DNA from: Wickerhamiella versatilis
Taxonomy: Eukaryota
Length of the DNA stretch: 64,000 bases
Reading direction: 5' to 3'
Assembly: GCA_030867685.1 (NCBI GenBank)
Contig: JAQOWU010000008.1
Span: 3,410,001-3,474,000, forward strand
Shown here: piece after piece, positions 10,877-20,964 of the stretch
How the letters are laid out: every line of letters starts with the position of its first letter
Position numbering within the stretch: position 1 is the stretch's first letter
Position numbers and translations under genes: made by a program
Notes under the pieces: generated by a model
The model's database searches: none
Told to the model about the DNA's origin: nothing
Seen by the model: only the letters and a program-made list of their open reading frames with translations

Positions 10877-13800
10877 TTAAGCTAATGCGACTAGGTCGTT
10901 GCGAAGAGCCTTAACGTCGCGAGGTTCAATTGAGCCATTTCCGGGCAGCCGTGAGTTGCCCATGAGATAATTATCTACATTCCTTGCACATTGACGACCT
11001 TCCTGGATACCCCAGACAATAAGGGACTGTCCTCTGCGACAGTCACCGGCGGCGAAGACGTTATCTTCACAGTGGTATGAAGATGGTGCTTTAATATTTC
11101 CTCTTCCATCCCGTGGAACATCAATGTTCATGAGCTCAGGCCCAACGAATCCCATAGAAAGCAAGACAACGTCAGCTGGGAAGAGTTCTTCGGATCCAGG
11201 AACTTCACTCATTTGCCATGCTCCAGATTCGCTTCTCTTCCACTCTATACGGACAGTCTTGATTCCCTTTACATTACCGTCCTCATCACCAACAAATTCC
11301 TTCGACATGATGCAATACTCACGAGGATCCTTGCCGTAATGCGCCGCAACTTCAGTGTGACCATAATCAACTCGGAAAATCCTGGGCCATTGTGGCCAAG
11401 GGTTGTCACGAGCGCGAGTTGCGGGAGGACGAGGCAACAGCTCAAAGTTTGTTACGGAGGCTGCATGGTGTCGCACAGAGGTTCCTAGACAGTCATTACC
11501 TGTATCACCACCACCGATTACGATAACATGCTTCCCTTCGATCGTTTCACGAACTGCATCGAGATCACCATCCAACAAACTCTTCGTGTTCCAGCGCAAA
11601 AGCTCCATGGCGAATTTGATGTTATTGAGCGAACGGCCTGGAGCGGGTAGATCACGAGGAATTGTGCTACCCAAGGCAAGAACCACAGCATCATAGCCAG
11701 ACTTGAGCTCATCAAGAGTGATTTCTTCGCCAATGGACGTATTGAAAACAAACTCAACACCTTCAGCAGCCATGAGATCAATACGACGTTGTACAATTCG
11801 CTTGTCGAGCTTCATATTTGGAATACCATACATGAGAAGACCACCTGCACGGTCTGCACGTTCGTAAACTGTCACCGTGTGTCCAGCCCGGTTGAGCTGC
11901 TGAGCACAACTCAACCCAGCGGGTCCAGAGCCAACTACAGCAATCGTTTGCCCAGTGCGGATCTCAGGTATTTCAGGCTTGATCCATCCCTGCTCGAAAC
12001 CATAGTCGATGATGGCACATTCAACACTCTTAATTCCGACGGGATCATCAATGATGCCCAATGTACAAGCACCTTCACAGGGCGCAGGACAAACGCGGCC
12101 AGTGAACTCGGGGAAATTGTTGGTCATAAGTAGGCGCTGCAATGCATCGTACCATCGGTCCTTGAAGACAAGTTCGTTCCACTTAGGAATAACGTTCGAA
12201 ATTGGACAACCGGTATCTGACTGACAGAACGGAACACCACAGTCCATGCACCTTGCAGTCTGATACTTCAAATCCTCGGGAGAGAGATGTTGCTTCAATT
12301 CTTTCCAATCTCCAGTGCGAGTGAGAGCACTCCGGTTCTTGTCTCCTCGCCTCTTGTACTTCATGAACCCGCGAACCTTGTCCAATTGTCTTGGTGCGGC
12401 CTGAGGCTTGGTGCCAGTATCTTCGAGATCCTGTACCTTGGGTTCTTTCAGCATGTGCTGCTCTTTGTCAAGCTGGAAATTTGTTGACTTCTTCTTCATC
12501 CGCTTGATCTCACCATTGGTTGCATCAGCGGTAGGATCTTCACGGAACTGGTCAAACATGGCGCCCTGCTGGGTGTACTTAGCCATTTCCACCTTGCGAG
12601 CCTCATCCTCCAAAACCTTCTTATAATCTAATGGCATGACTTTCACAAACATAGGGAGGATGCGATTGAATTCACGGAGAATACGCGTGGCGAGTTTAGA
12701 AGCTGTGTAATGGCGATGATCCTCAATCATACCGCGCAAGAATGCGATCTCAGCCGGATCAGAAACCTGCATCAATTCAACTTGCTCCATGTTCACATTA
12801 GCGCTGAACTCTTGAGCAACGTCAAGGACATAAGCAATTCCACCAGACATTCCTGCAGCAAAGTTACGTCCTGTCGGTCCGAGCACTACAACTCTTCCAC
12901 CAGTCATGTATTCACAACCATGGTCGCCAACACCTTCAACTACTGCAGTGGCCCCTGAATTACGAACACAGAAACGCTCTGCAGCAATACCACTGAAGAA
13001 CGCAGTACCTGAAGTAGCACCATACATACAGGTGTTACCAATGATCATGTTCTCCTCGCTATTAAAAGGAGATGTATGGGGAGGATATATGATAATCCTA
13101 CCACCACTCAGACCCTTTCCAACGTAATCGTTGGAATCACCCTCAAGCTCCAAAGTGACGCCAGGAGCCAAGAATGCGCCGAAACTCTGGCCAGCGCTTC
13201 CTCTTATATTCACGTGTACAGTGTCATCAGGAAGCCCCTTCTCACCGAATTTCTTAGAAATTCTGTAGCTCAGAGTTGAGCCCAAAGCACGATCAGTATT
13301 TATGATCTCACAATCTATTTGAACAGGCAGACCTCTCTCCAATGTAATTTCTGACTCGTCGATGAGCTTGTTATCAAGTCTCACATGCAAACGATGGTCC
13401 TGCTTGCGTACACAGCGGGTAGCGACACCAGGTCGCAGTGTATGCGCTGGAGTCAAAATCGGGGATAAATCAAGGTTTGCTGTCTTAACGTTACGCAAAT
13501 CCTCGCGAACTATCAATTTTTCGGCACGACCAACCATCTCATCAATACTGCGGAATCCCAGTTTGGCCATTATACCACGAAGTTCCTGAGCTACATAGAA
13601 GAAAAAGTTGATCACATGTTCAGGAGTACCGCTGAACTTCTTACGGAGCTCAGGGTCCTGAGTGGCAATGCCAACGGGGCAAGTGTTCAGGTGACACTTT
13701 CTCATCATAATACAACCCATAGCAATAAGAGGCGCCGTTGCGAAACCCCATTCCTCGGCACCTAACAGGCATGCGATTGCAATGTCACGACCAGTCTTGA

Positions 13801-16800
13801 GCTGGCCATCTGTTTGGACAGTGACGCGGCCACGTAAATCGTTCAAAACCAACGTCTGGTGGGTCTCTGCTAGACCAAGTTCCCAGGGAAGACCTGCATA
13901 TTTGATACCGGTATATTTAGCAGCACCAGTACCACCATCATGACCAGATATAGTGACATGATCCGCCTTGGCCTTAGCAACACCGGAAGCAATGATACCA
14001 ACGCCCACTTCACTAACCAACTTCACCGATACTCGCGCACGTGGGTTAGAGGTCTTAAGATCATAAATGAGTTGCTTCAAATCTTCGATAGAATAGATGT
14101 CGTGATGAGGGGGTGGGCTGATAAGCCCTACATTCCGAGTGGAATGACGTGTCTTTGCAATCGAGGCGCTAACTTTGTGACCTGGAAGTTCACCACCTTC
14201 ACCAGGCTTCGCACCTTGAGCCATCTTGATTTGCAGCTCATCTGCATCACTAAGATATTGAGAGGTGACGCCAAACCGGCCACTGGCAACCTGCTTTATA
14301 GCTGAGCGCATTGTGTCACCGTCTTCGTTTACAAGGGACCTCTCAGCGTCCTCACCACCTTCACCAGTATTTGACTTACCACCCAAGCGATTCATGGCCA
14401 CTGCAAGGGTTGAATGAGCCTCCATAGAGATTGAGCCATACGACATTGCACCTGTGGCAAAACGACGGACAATCTCTGTCCACGGTTCCACTTGATCTAT
14501 GGATATCTCATGACTATTCTCAAAATCGAAATCAAGCAGTCCTCTGAGCGTACAATCTCTAATCGCTTGGTACTCGTGAGCGGCGTACGTATCATAAGCC
14601 TTCTCATTCTTGTTATGCACCGCATCCTGAACGTTAGCTATGGCACCTGGACTGTTAACGTGAGGGTCACCTCCATCACGCCAATGATACTCTCCAGACT
14701 CCGGTAGGGTCTGTGGCTTAATAGTAGCTCTATCTGGCCAAGCACGCTGGTGCAAAGTGAGGGCATCCTCAGCAATGTAGTCGAAACCAATACCACTGAT
14801 ACGAGAGGCAGTCCCAGTGAAACAACGATCAACCACTGAATTGTCGATACCTAGAATTTCAAAAATCTGTGCGCCCTTATAAGATTGTAGAGTCGATATA
14901 CCCATCTTGGACATAACCTTAAGGATTCCCTCGTCAATACTCTGAACATAATTGGTGCAAACCTGTTCCCGCGTTAGTTTCTTCATGAGAAGACCATCAC
15001 GGTTCATCTTTAGCAGAGTCTCAAGGGCAAGGTACGGGCAGATGGCATCAACACCATAACCCAACAAGACACAGCAATGATGAACCTCTCGGGCTTCAGC
15101 CGTCTCAACAAGCAACGCGACACGCGATCGTTCCTTCTGCTTCACCAAATAATGGTGAACAGCCGCAGAAGCTATCAATGAAGAAACTGATACACGCTCC
15201 GGGCCAGTAGCACGGTCAGTTAGGATAATCACCTTGTTAGAGTTGGCAATTGCACGCGAAGCCTCCTGGCAGATCCTATCCAAAGCACGAGTATACCCAG
15301 AAGCGCCTTCGCTACGATCATATGTAATATCTATACTGTCCACAGTCCACGAAGGATAAATCTGCGAAAGGCGCTTTATGGCTTCCATTTCCTCCAAGTT
15401 GAGAATAGGGCTCTGCAAGTGGAAGCGATTGCATTGCTGAGGGTTCATTTCAAGCATATTTCCTTGCGGACCGATGTAGCATTCCAAACTCATAACAATG
15501 CTCTCACGTATAGGATCAATGGGTGGGTTTGTTACCTGGGCAAACAGCTCCCGGAAGTATTCATATAGTATCTTAGGCTGCAAGGTGAGACATGCCAATC
15601 CTGCGTCATTACCCATAGAGCCCAGAGCTTCCTTGTGATCCTGTGCCATGGGTCCCAAGATCATAGAGATCTGTTCAAGTGTGTAGCCAAAAGCTTGCAG
15701 TCTAGGGTCCTGCTGGACGGTTGATGCGTCAAGCTTCGGTGTAAGCTGGCTTAACGGTGTTTTGCGACTGATACGCTCAAACAAGTCCGGCATGTCAATA
15801 AGATTACCACTCAACCAAGACTTGAAGTCGAAGCGGGATGCAACCCTGCGTTTTAGCTCTCGGTCATCAACAATCTTCCCCTCCTTTGTATCAACCAACA
15901 ACATTCTACCTGGGCGCAAGCGTCCCTTCTGCACAATCATCGCTGGATCAATCTCTGGGATGACACCAACTTCCGAGGCACATATCATGCGATCATCTGC
16001 AGTAACATAGTACCTGCAGGGACGAAGCCCGTTCCTATCCAAATTAGCACCACAATAGCGGCCATCTGCGAAAGTAAACAATGCAGGACCATCCCAGGGC
16101 TCCATAATACACGCCGCCCATTCATAGAAGGCACGCTTACGAGGATCCATATCTTTATTACTTTGCCAAGCTTCCGGGACCATCATCATGACAGCCTCAG
16201 GAAGACTAAGTACACCATTTATGACAAGTAGTTCCAGGACGTTGTCGAAGGCTGCGGAGTCGGATCCACCTTCTTCTATAATAGGATAGAGCATATCAAG
16301 CATATCACCAAATTCTTTACTCTTCATTACTCCCTCGCGTGCCCGCATCCAGTTCGTGTTACCTTGCAACGTGTTGATTTCACCATTATGCGCAGCCCAG
16401 CGCAAAGGCTGGGCACGATCCCAGCTAGGAAAAGTATTGGTAGAAAATCGGGAGTGCACAAGTGCAAAGTGGGCCTCGTAGTCGACATTTACCAAATCAT
16501 AGTAATAACGATAAACCTGAACTGGGGCAAGCTGGCCCTTGTATACTATATTCTTGTTAGAGAGCGAACAAATGTAGAACCAATTGTGAAGTCCAATGGA
16601 ATGCGTACTCTGCTTGCGCAAAACGTATAGTTGACGCTCGAAGAGTTTTCCGAATTTTTCATCGAAATCCTCCGTGTTTTCCGGCTCAGAGCCACTGCCA
16701 TAGGCTGCAGCAAGAACTACAACAGGTTGCAAAATCATTGGCTCACGGCTTAGTGCTGCTGGCCCCAACAGGCTTGAGTCACGAGGTACCTCACGCCACC

Positions 16801-17242
16801 CCAGCACCCGCAGGCCAAGTGATTTCGCAATTCTCTCGAATGTTGCTCGCGAGTTCTCTAGAACGCTAGTATCATTCTTGAAAAAGACATTACCAACCGC
16901 ATATTGGCCTAGCGGTGGTATGACGAAGTCGTACTTTCGCCTAAACTCATTGCAGATGAATTTGTGAGGAATGGAAGTCATTACTCCAGCACCATCACCG
17001 TCTCGAGCATCACTTCCAACAGCACCCCGGTGCGTCATATTGCAAAGCAAGAATGAGGCATCACTGACAATTTTGTGCGACACCCGACCCTTGATGTCAC
17101 ACGAAAAGCCTACGCCACAAGCATCTTTTTCGAACCGAGGATCGTACAAGCCTTGCTTGACTGGGAGTGTACCAGCCCAAGATCGATTCTCTGCTGTCTC
17201 CTGGTAAGGAAAAACGGAATATCCTTCAACAGGCTGGTCCAT
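10877..17242 (-). CDS. GLT1: NADH-dependent glutamate synthase (GOGAT), fused alpha/beta eukaryotic type
   Basis: EKDACGVGF Ntn-amidotransferase start, KMAQGAKPGEGG, CIMMRKCHLNTCP, RCMDCGVPFC; 2121 aa. Confidence 0.97.
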   Translation of the reverse strand: MDQPVEGYSVFPYQETAENRSWAGTLPVKQGLYDPRFEKDACGVGFSCDIKGRVSHKIVSDASFLLCNMTHRGAVGSDARDGDGAGVMTSIPHKFICNEFRRKYDFVIPPLGQYAVGNVFFKNDTSVLENSRATFERIAKSLGLRVLGWREVPRDSSLLGPAALSREPMILQPVVVLAAAYGSGSEPENTEDFDEKFGKLFERQLYVLRKQSTHSIGLHNWFYICSLSNKNIVYKGQLAPVQVYRYYYDLVNVDYEAHFALVHSRFSTNTFPSWDRAQPLRWAAHNGEINTLQGNTNWMRAREGVMKSKEFGDMLDMLYPIIEEGGSDSAAFDNVLELLVINGVLSLPEAVMMMVPEAWQSNKDMDPRKRAFYEWAACIMEPWDGPALFTFADGRYCGANLDRNGLRPCRYYVTADDRMICASEVGVIPEIDPAMIVQKGRLRPGRMLLVDTKEGKIVDDRELKRRVASRFDFKSWLSGNLIDMPDLFERISRKTPLSQLTPKLDASTVQQDPRLQAFGYTLEQISMILGPMAQDHKEALGSMGNDAGLACLTLQPKILYEYFRELFAQVTNPPIDPIRESIVMSLECYIGPQGNMLEMNPQQCNRFHLQSPILNLEEMEAIKRLSQIYPSWTVDSIDITYDRSEGASGYTRALDRICQEASRAIANSNKVIILTDRATGPERVSVSSLIASAAVHHYLVKQKERSRVALLVETAEAREVHHCCVLLGYGVDAICPYLALETLLKMNRDGLLMKKLTREQVCTNYVQSIDEGILKVMSKMGISTLQSYKGAQIFEILGIDNSVVDRCFTGTASRISGIGFDYIAEDALTLHQRAWPDRATIKPQTLPESGEYHWRDGGDPHVNSPGAIANVQDAVHNKNEKAYDTYAAHEYQAIRDCTLRGLLDFDFENSHEISIDQVEPWTEIVRRFATGAMSYGSISMEAHSTLAVAMNRLGGKSNTGEGGEDAERSLVNEDGDTMRSAIKQVASGRFGVTSQYLSDADELQIKMAQGAKPGEGGELPGHKVSASIAKTRHSTRNVGLISPPPHHDIYSIEDLKQLIYDLKTSNPRARVSVKLVSEVGVGIIASGVAKAKADHVTISGHDGGTGAAKYTGIKYAGLPWELGLAETHQTLVLNDLRGRVTVQTDGQLKTGRDIAIACLLGAEEWGFATAPLIAMGCIMMRKCHLNTCPVGIATQDPELRKKFSGTPEHVINFFFYVAQELRGIMAKLGFRSIDEMVGRAEKLIVREDLRNVKTANLDLSPILTPAHTLRPGVATRCVRKQDHRLHVRLDNKLIDESEITLERGLPVQIDCEIINTDRALGSTLSYRISKKFGEKGLPDDTVHVNIRGSAGQSFGAFLAPGVTLELEGDSNDYVGKGLSGGRIIIYPPHTSPFNSEENMIIGNTCMYGATSGTAFFSGIAAERFCVRNSGATAVVEGVGDHGCEYMTGGRVVVLGPTGRNFAAGMSGGIAYVLDVAQEFSANVNMEQVELMQVSDPAEIAFLRGMIEDHRHYTASKLATRILREFNRILPMFVKVMPLDYKKVLEDEARKVEMAKYTQQGAMFDQFREDPTADATNGEIKRMKKKSTNFQLDKEQHMLKEPKVQDLEDTGTKPQAAPRQLDKVRGFMKYKRRGDKNRSALTRTGDWKELKQHLSPEDLKYQTARCMDCGVPFCQSDTGCPISNVIPKWNELVFKDRWYDALQRLLMTNNFPEFTGRVCPAPCEGACTLGIIDDPVGIKSVECAIIDYGFEQGWIKPEIPEIRTGQTIAVVGSGPAGLSCAQQLNRAGHTVTVYERADRAGGLLMYGIPNMKLDKRIVQRRIDLMAAEGVEFVFNTSIGEEITLDELKSGYDAVVLALGSTIPRDLPAPGRSLNNIKFAMELLRWNTKSLLDGDLDAVRETIEGKHVIVIGGGDTGNDCLGTSVRHHAASVTNFELLPRPPATRARDNPWPQWPRIFRVDYGHTEVAAHYGKDPREYCIMSKEFVGDEDGNVKGIKTVRIEWKRSESGAWQMSEVPGSEELFPADVVLLSMGFVGPELMNIDVPRDGRGNIKAPSSYHCEDNVFAAGDCRRGQSLIVWGIQEGRQCARNVDNYLMGNSRLPGNGSIEPRDVKALRNDLVALA

Positions 17243-17978
17243 TCAACTCAGAAGTCTGAAAAGAATGGTTGGGATGGTGACTGAATAAAACAATGTAGCA
17301 GGAATCAGGGCTAGGATATACTCCTAACCCTGTGTGGTCATAGATAGTGCGGGCAGCCAATCATATCGGATGTAAAATAAGCGTGGCCTTGGGGATGCGT
17401 GGCCCGGGAAAATATGTGAAATAATCCCCGCCTGACCCTCTATGGTCTCGAAATTTTGATGAGCCAGATTTGTTATATATGACTTTCAGGGATTAAATTG
17501 ACTTATTTACGAATTATATTGGCCAGTCACATATATTAAGGCCCTTAGACATCTCGCTTTCACTAATGGGAGTTGGGAGTGCCATGTCGTGGCCTTTCCG
17601 AGGACTTGCCTCGACCAACGCGGCTAGAGCTGACTGAATTCATGTGATGTCATTAATTGCATCTCTCGGGAAGGCATCCTAGGGAGGCTATATCAGAGTA
17701 TCGCAATCTCAAATAAACTGCATGAAGTCCCATTTATACCATGCGATATAAATTGCAATTTAAAAGCACCTAAGAGTCGTTAATTTAGGATAAAGAATCG
17801 CACGTCTCGATATAACCCTTGCCCTTGCGCTCCCCGGAGTTCGACCCGAAAAAATTCATAACTAGTATTACTCACAGATACCAGTGGCGCTTCCTAAGCC
17901 CATCAAGCAGGCTTGAAATCTAGCAAATTGAGTGGTTAATATAAATGCTCTAGTTTTTTTATCTCACAAATAGCTAAA

Positions 17979-19409
17979 TTAATCCTGGTCGCTCTCTTCA
18001 TCATCACCGTCCGCATTAGCAGTGGCGATCCGTTCACGGGTGTAACGGTAATTTTGAGCCTTTGCCTGGCGTATCGTCCGATTACTGAAACTATCCCATA
18101 CTTTGAGCTGCCCATCCGAACCAGCAACAGAGAGGAGCCCACTGGAAGCGTTCTCAGGACCAAAGCCTACACTGAACACTCTGCCCACATCCAGGTCACG
18201 GGAAAGAAGCATAGAAGGTCTATCGTTCTCCAAGTTCCAGAGCTTTACTTGCCTATCAGACGAGGTTGTTACCATATAATCACTGATGTATTGATTGATG
18301 TCAAATGCAGTGATTTCAGCATCGTGAGCCTGAAGTTGCCATACTGCTTTTCCCTCAGAACGCGCATCGAACTTAGCAACGACACCAGTATCAGTTGCAG
18401 CATAGAAACTCTGGCCATCAGGATTCCACCTAACCGCCTCGACATCTGTGCCTAAATCGTAACTACGCATGGCATCGGCCACACGAAGATCAGCCACGCG
18501 CACTTTATGGTCATAACCACCACTAAGAAGGACAGTCCCTTCCGCAGGATTCCAAGATACACTGCTGACCTTTCCCTTATGGTGATCATAAGACTTGATG
18601 GCCCGGGTTTCGGTGAGGTCCCAAAGCTTTATAGTGGTGTCTGCAGACGCACTTGCAAGCATATGAGGATGCACTCGGTTGGCGGCCAATGATAATACAG
18701 CATCTACATGTGATTCCGCATTTGGCTTTTTCTCCCTACGCTTTTTCTTGCCGGTACCTTTGCTTTGAGCCTGATTAGCAGACTGTCCTAGGATCGCTGC
18801 AGGATATACTCCGTCAATTACATCTAGGTTCCAGATCTCGATTTCAGGATCAAAGGTACCAATGGCACAAAAATTACCAGAGTCAGTAGTACCTGGCCTC
18901 GATCGAATCGATTCTATTGTCAATGGAAAGCTAGGCAGCATAAGGTCATGGTGAACATAGAGTGATGGTTCCTCACCTTCATCATCGTAAACGTAAACCT
19001 CCAAGTAAGAAACATCTTCTTCTGTTCTACCTGCAAGTATCAAATTGTCCGAGGGTAAAATTTTCATTTCGTCACGCTCTTCTTGTAGATCCTGATCCGT
19101 TGGTCCCACAAGATATTCATCCTGACCTTCTTCAGCGTCTTCAAGAATCTCTTCAGGTGGGATGAATTCACCACCACTAGGCTCATTGTCGTAATCCTGC
19201 ATGTTGTACTCGGCCAGCTCCTCATCTTCTGGGCTCATAGTGGCTGCCCCAGTTTCTTCATCCACATTAGCAGATAAATCTATCTTCGCATCGTCGACCT
19301 CAAGTTTCGCTTGTTCAGCAATTCGATTCATTTCAGCCTCATCGATTTCTTCTTTTGCTGGAAATTCCGCCGCGATCCCTCTAGGAACCCATTGTGCGGC
19401 GGAGATCAT
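17979..19409 (-). CDS. PWP1: WD40 ribosome-biogenesis protein Pwp1
   Basis: MISAAQWVPRG start, LYVHHDLMLPSFPL, EIEIWNLD, WD repeats. Confidence 0.92.
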   Translation of the reverse strand: MISAAQWVPRGIAAEFPAKEEIDEAEMNRIAEQAKLEVDDAKIDLSANVDEETGAATMSPEDEELAEYNMQDYDNEPSGGEFIPPEEILEDAEEGQDEYLVGPTDQDLQEERDEMKILPSDNLILAGRTEEDVSYLEVYVYDDEGEEPSLYVHHDLMLPSFPLTIESIRSRPGTTDSGNFCAIGTFDPEIEIWNLDVIDGVYPAAILGQSANQAQSKGTGKKKRREKKPNAESHVDAVLSLAANRVHPHMLASASADTTIKLWDLTETRAIKSYDHHKGKVSSVSWNPAEGTVLLSGGYDHKVRVADLRVADAMRSYDLGTDVEAVRWNPDGQSFYAATDTGVVAKFDARSEGKAVWQLQAHDAEITAFDINQYISDYMVTTSSDRQVKLWNLENDRPSMLLSRDLDVGRVFSVGFGPENASSGLLSVAGSDGQLKVWDSFSNRTIRQAKAQNYRYTRERIATANADGDDEESDQD

Positions 19410-19435
19410 GGTGAAGAAAACTTCGTTAGCTCACC

Positions 19436-19458
19436 TGAAAATTTCGTATTAGCTCATC
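19436..19458. promoter_or_regulatory. RRPE (TGAAAATTT) + PAC (GCTCATC) pair in the 69-bp PWP1/NMT1 promoter
   Basis: Both motifs are adjacent, upstream of a ribosome-biogenesis gene. Confidence 0.6.
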
Positions 19459-19478
19459 ACTGCTGACTTTTATTCAGT

Positions 19479-20780
19479 ATGCCAGAACACAACGAGAGAC
19501 AGCCAGAGACATCGCAGTCTAATGAGCAGAATATCTTAGATGTTCTCAAAAGACTTGTTATTGAACGTGAAGGACCACCACCCACAAAGCCTATGGAGAG
19601 TTACAACTTCTGGAAAACTCAACCGGTAACCCGGCTCGGTGGGCCATCACCTGAAAACGATGGGGAAATTGAGCACAAGACGGTGGATGATGTTCCGAAA
19701 AATCCACAAAAGCTTCCTGAAGCATTTAAATGGGTTTTTATGGACGTGAACAGTGATGCTGATTTGAAGGAAATTCATGAACTACTATACGAAAATTACA
19801 TAGAGGACGCCGATCAAGAATTTAGGTTCAATTATTCGGCAACTTTTCTTCGCTGGGCCCTGCGGCCACCGGGATGGCAGCCTGAGTGGAGCGTTGGTGT
19901 ACGGGCTGTCACCAGTGGTAAACTGGTTGCGTTCATCAGTGCTATACCGGCACATTTGAAGGTACATTCAAAGCCTGTAGATGCGGTGGAAATCAACTTT
20001 TTATGTGTTCACAAGCAGCTGAGGTCTAAGCGTTTAGCCCCGGTGCTAATCAAGGAAATCACACGCCAGTGTAACCTTAAGGGAATATGGCATGCTCTTT
20101 TTACTGCAGGAACGTTAATCCCAACACCTGTAGCAACGTGCAGGTACTTTCACCGACCGATTGATTGGTCAAAACTCTATGATGTGGGTTTTTCGTACTT
20201 ACCCCCGGATAGCACGCCCTCCAGGGAAGTCGCACGTTACTCGCTCCCACGATCAACGGACCTTCCCGGGTTCAGATCAATGCAGGAAAAAGACCTTCCC
20301 AGCGTACATGAACTTCTCTCTAACTACCTTCGCAAATTTGACTTAACACAGGAGTTTACTATAGATGACTTGCGACATTGGTTGTTGGGGAGTTCTACCG
20401 TTTCGGCCTACGTTGTTGCTTCAGATGACGGTAAAATCACCGACATGATATCATATTATGGTATAAGCAGCTCCGTTCTAGGGAATTCTCGTCATGATAG
20501 CATCAATGTTGCATATGCATTTTATTATGCCACCAGTGGTGATGCCCAGAGACTTCAGGATTTATTTAGGTGTGCTTTGATTATGTCAAAGCAGCAAAAG
20601 TATGATGTTTTCAATGCGCTCACGCTACTTGACAATCATCTGGTCCTGAAACCTCTTAAATTTGCTCCAGGTGATGGCGTGCTCCACTATAACCTATTCA
20701 ATTACCAGTGCAAACCCATCTCTGGCGGGTTCGATAAAAACGATGTTCAGGAAAGTGGTATTGGTGTGGTAATGCTTTAG
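19479..20780 (+). CDS. NMT1: N-myristoyltransferase
   Basis: FWKTQPV, EINFLCVHKQLRSKRLAPVLIKEITR, C-terminal GIGVVML. Confidence 0.96.
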   Translation: MPEHNERQPETSQSNEQNILDVLKRLVIEREGPPPTKPMESYNFWKTQPVTRLGGPSPENDGEIEHKTVDDVPKNPQKLPEAFKWVFMDVNSDADLKEIHELLYENYIEDADQEFRFNYSATFLRWALRPPGWQPEWSVGVRAVTSGKLVAFISAIPAHLKVHSKPVDAVEINFLCVHKQLRSKRLAPVLIKEITRQCNLKGIWHALFTAGTLIPTPVATCRYFHRPIDWSKLYDVGFSYLPPDSTPSREVARYSLPRSTDLPGFRSMQEKDLPSVHELLSNYLRKFDLTQEFTIDDLRHWLLGSSTVSAYVVASDDGKITDMISYYGISSSVLGNSRHDSINVAYAFYYATSGDAQRLQDLFRCALIMSKQQKYDVFNALTLLDNHLVLKPLKFAPGDGVLHYNLFNYQCKPISGGFDKNDVQESGIGVVML

Positions 20781-20964
20781 TTCTTTTTAGCTTTAGAAGT
20801 AGTAGACGGACAGATCGTAGATTTTTGTTTTCTATAGAATCACGATTCAAAGAGTACAATTGATTATCTCATTTAACTATATATACTTTTAACATGATCG
20901 TTGAAGACTATCATTTCAAATTGTTGAATACACGGTAATTAGTGGGGAGGGGAAGTGAGGAGTT

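Noticed and set aside
11124-17284. Many short plus-strand ORFs opposite GLT1 (likewise opposite ADE3, HSP104, CHC1)
   Set aside because: Antisense shadows of long codon-biased genes
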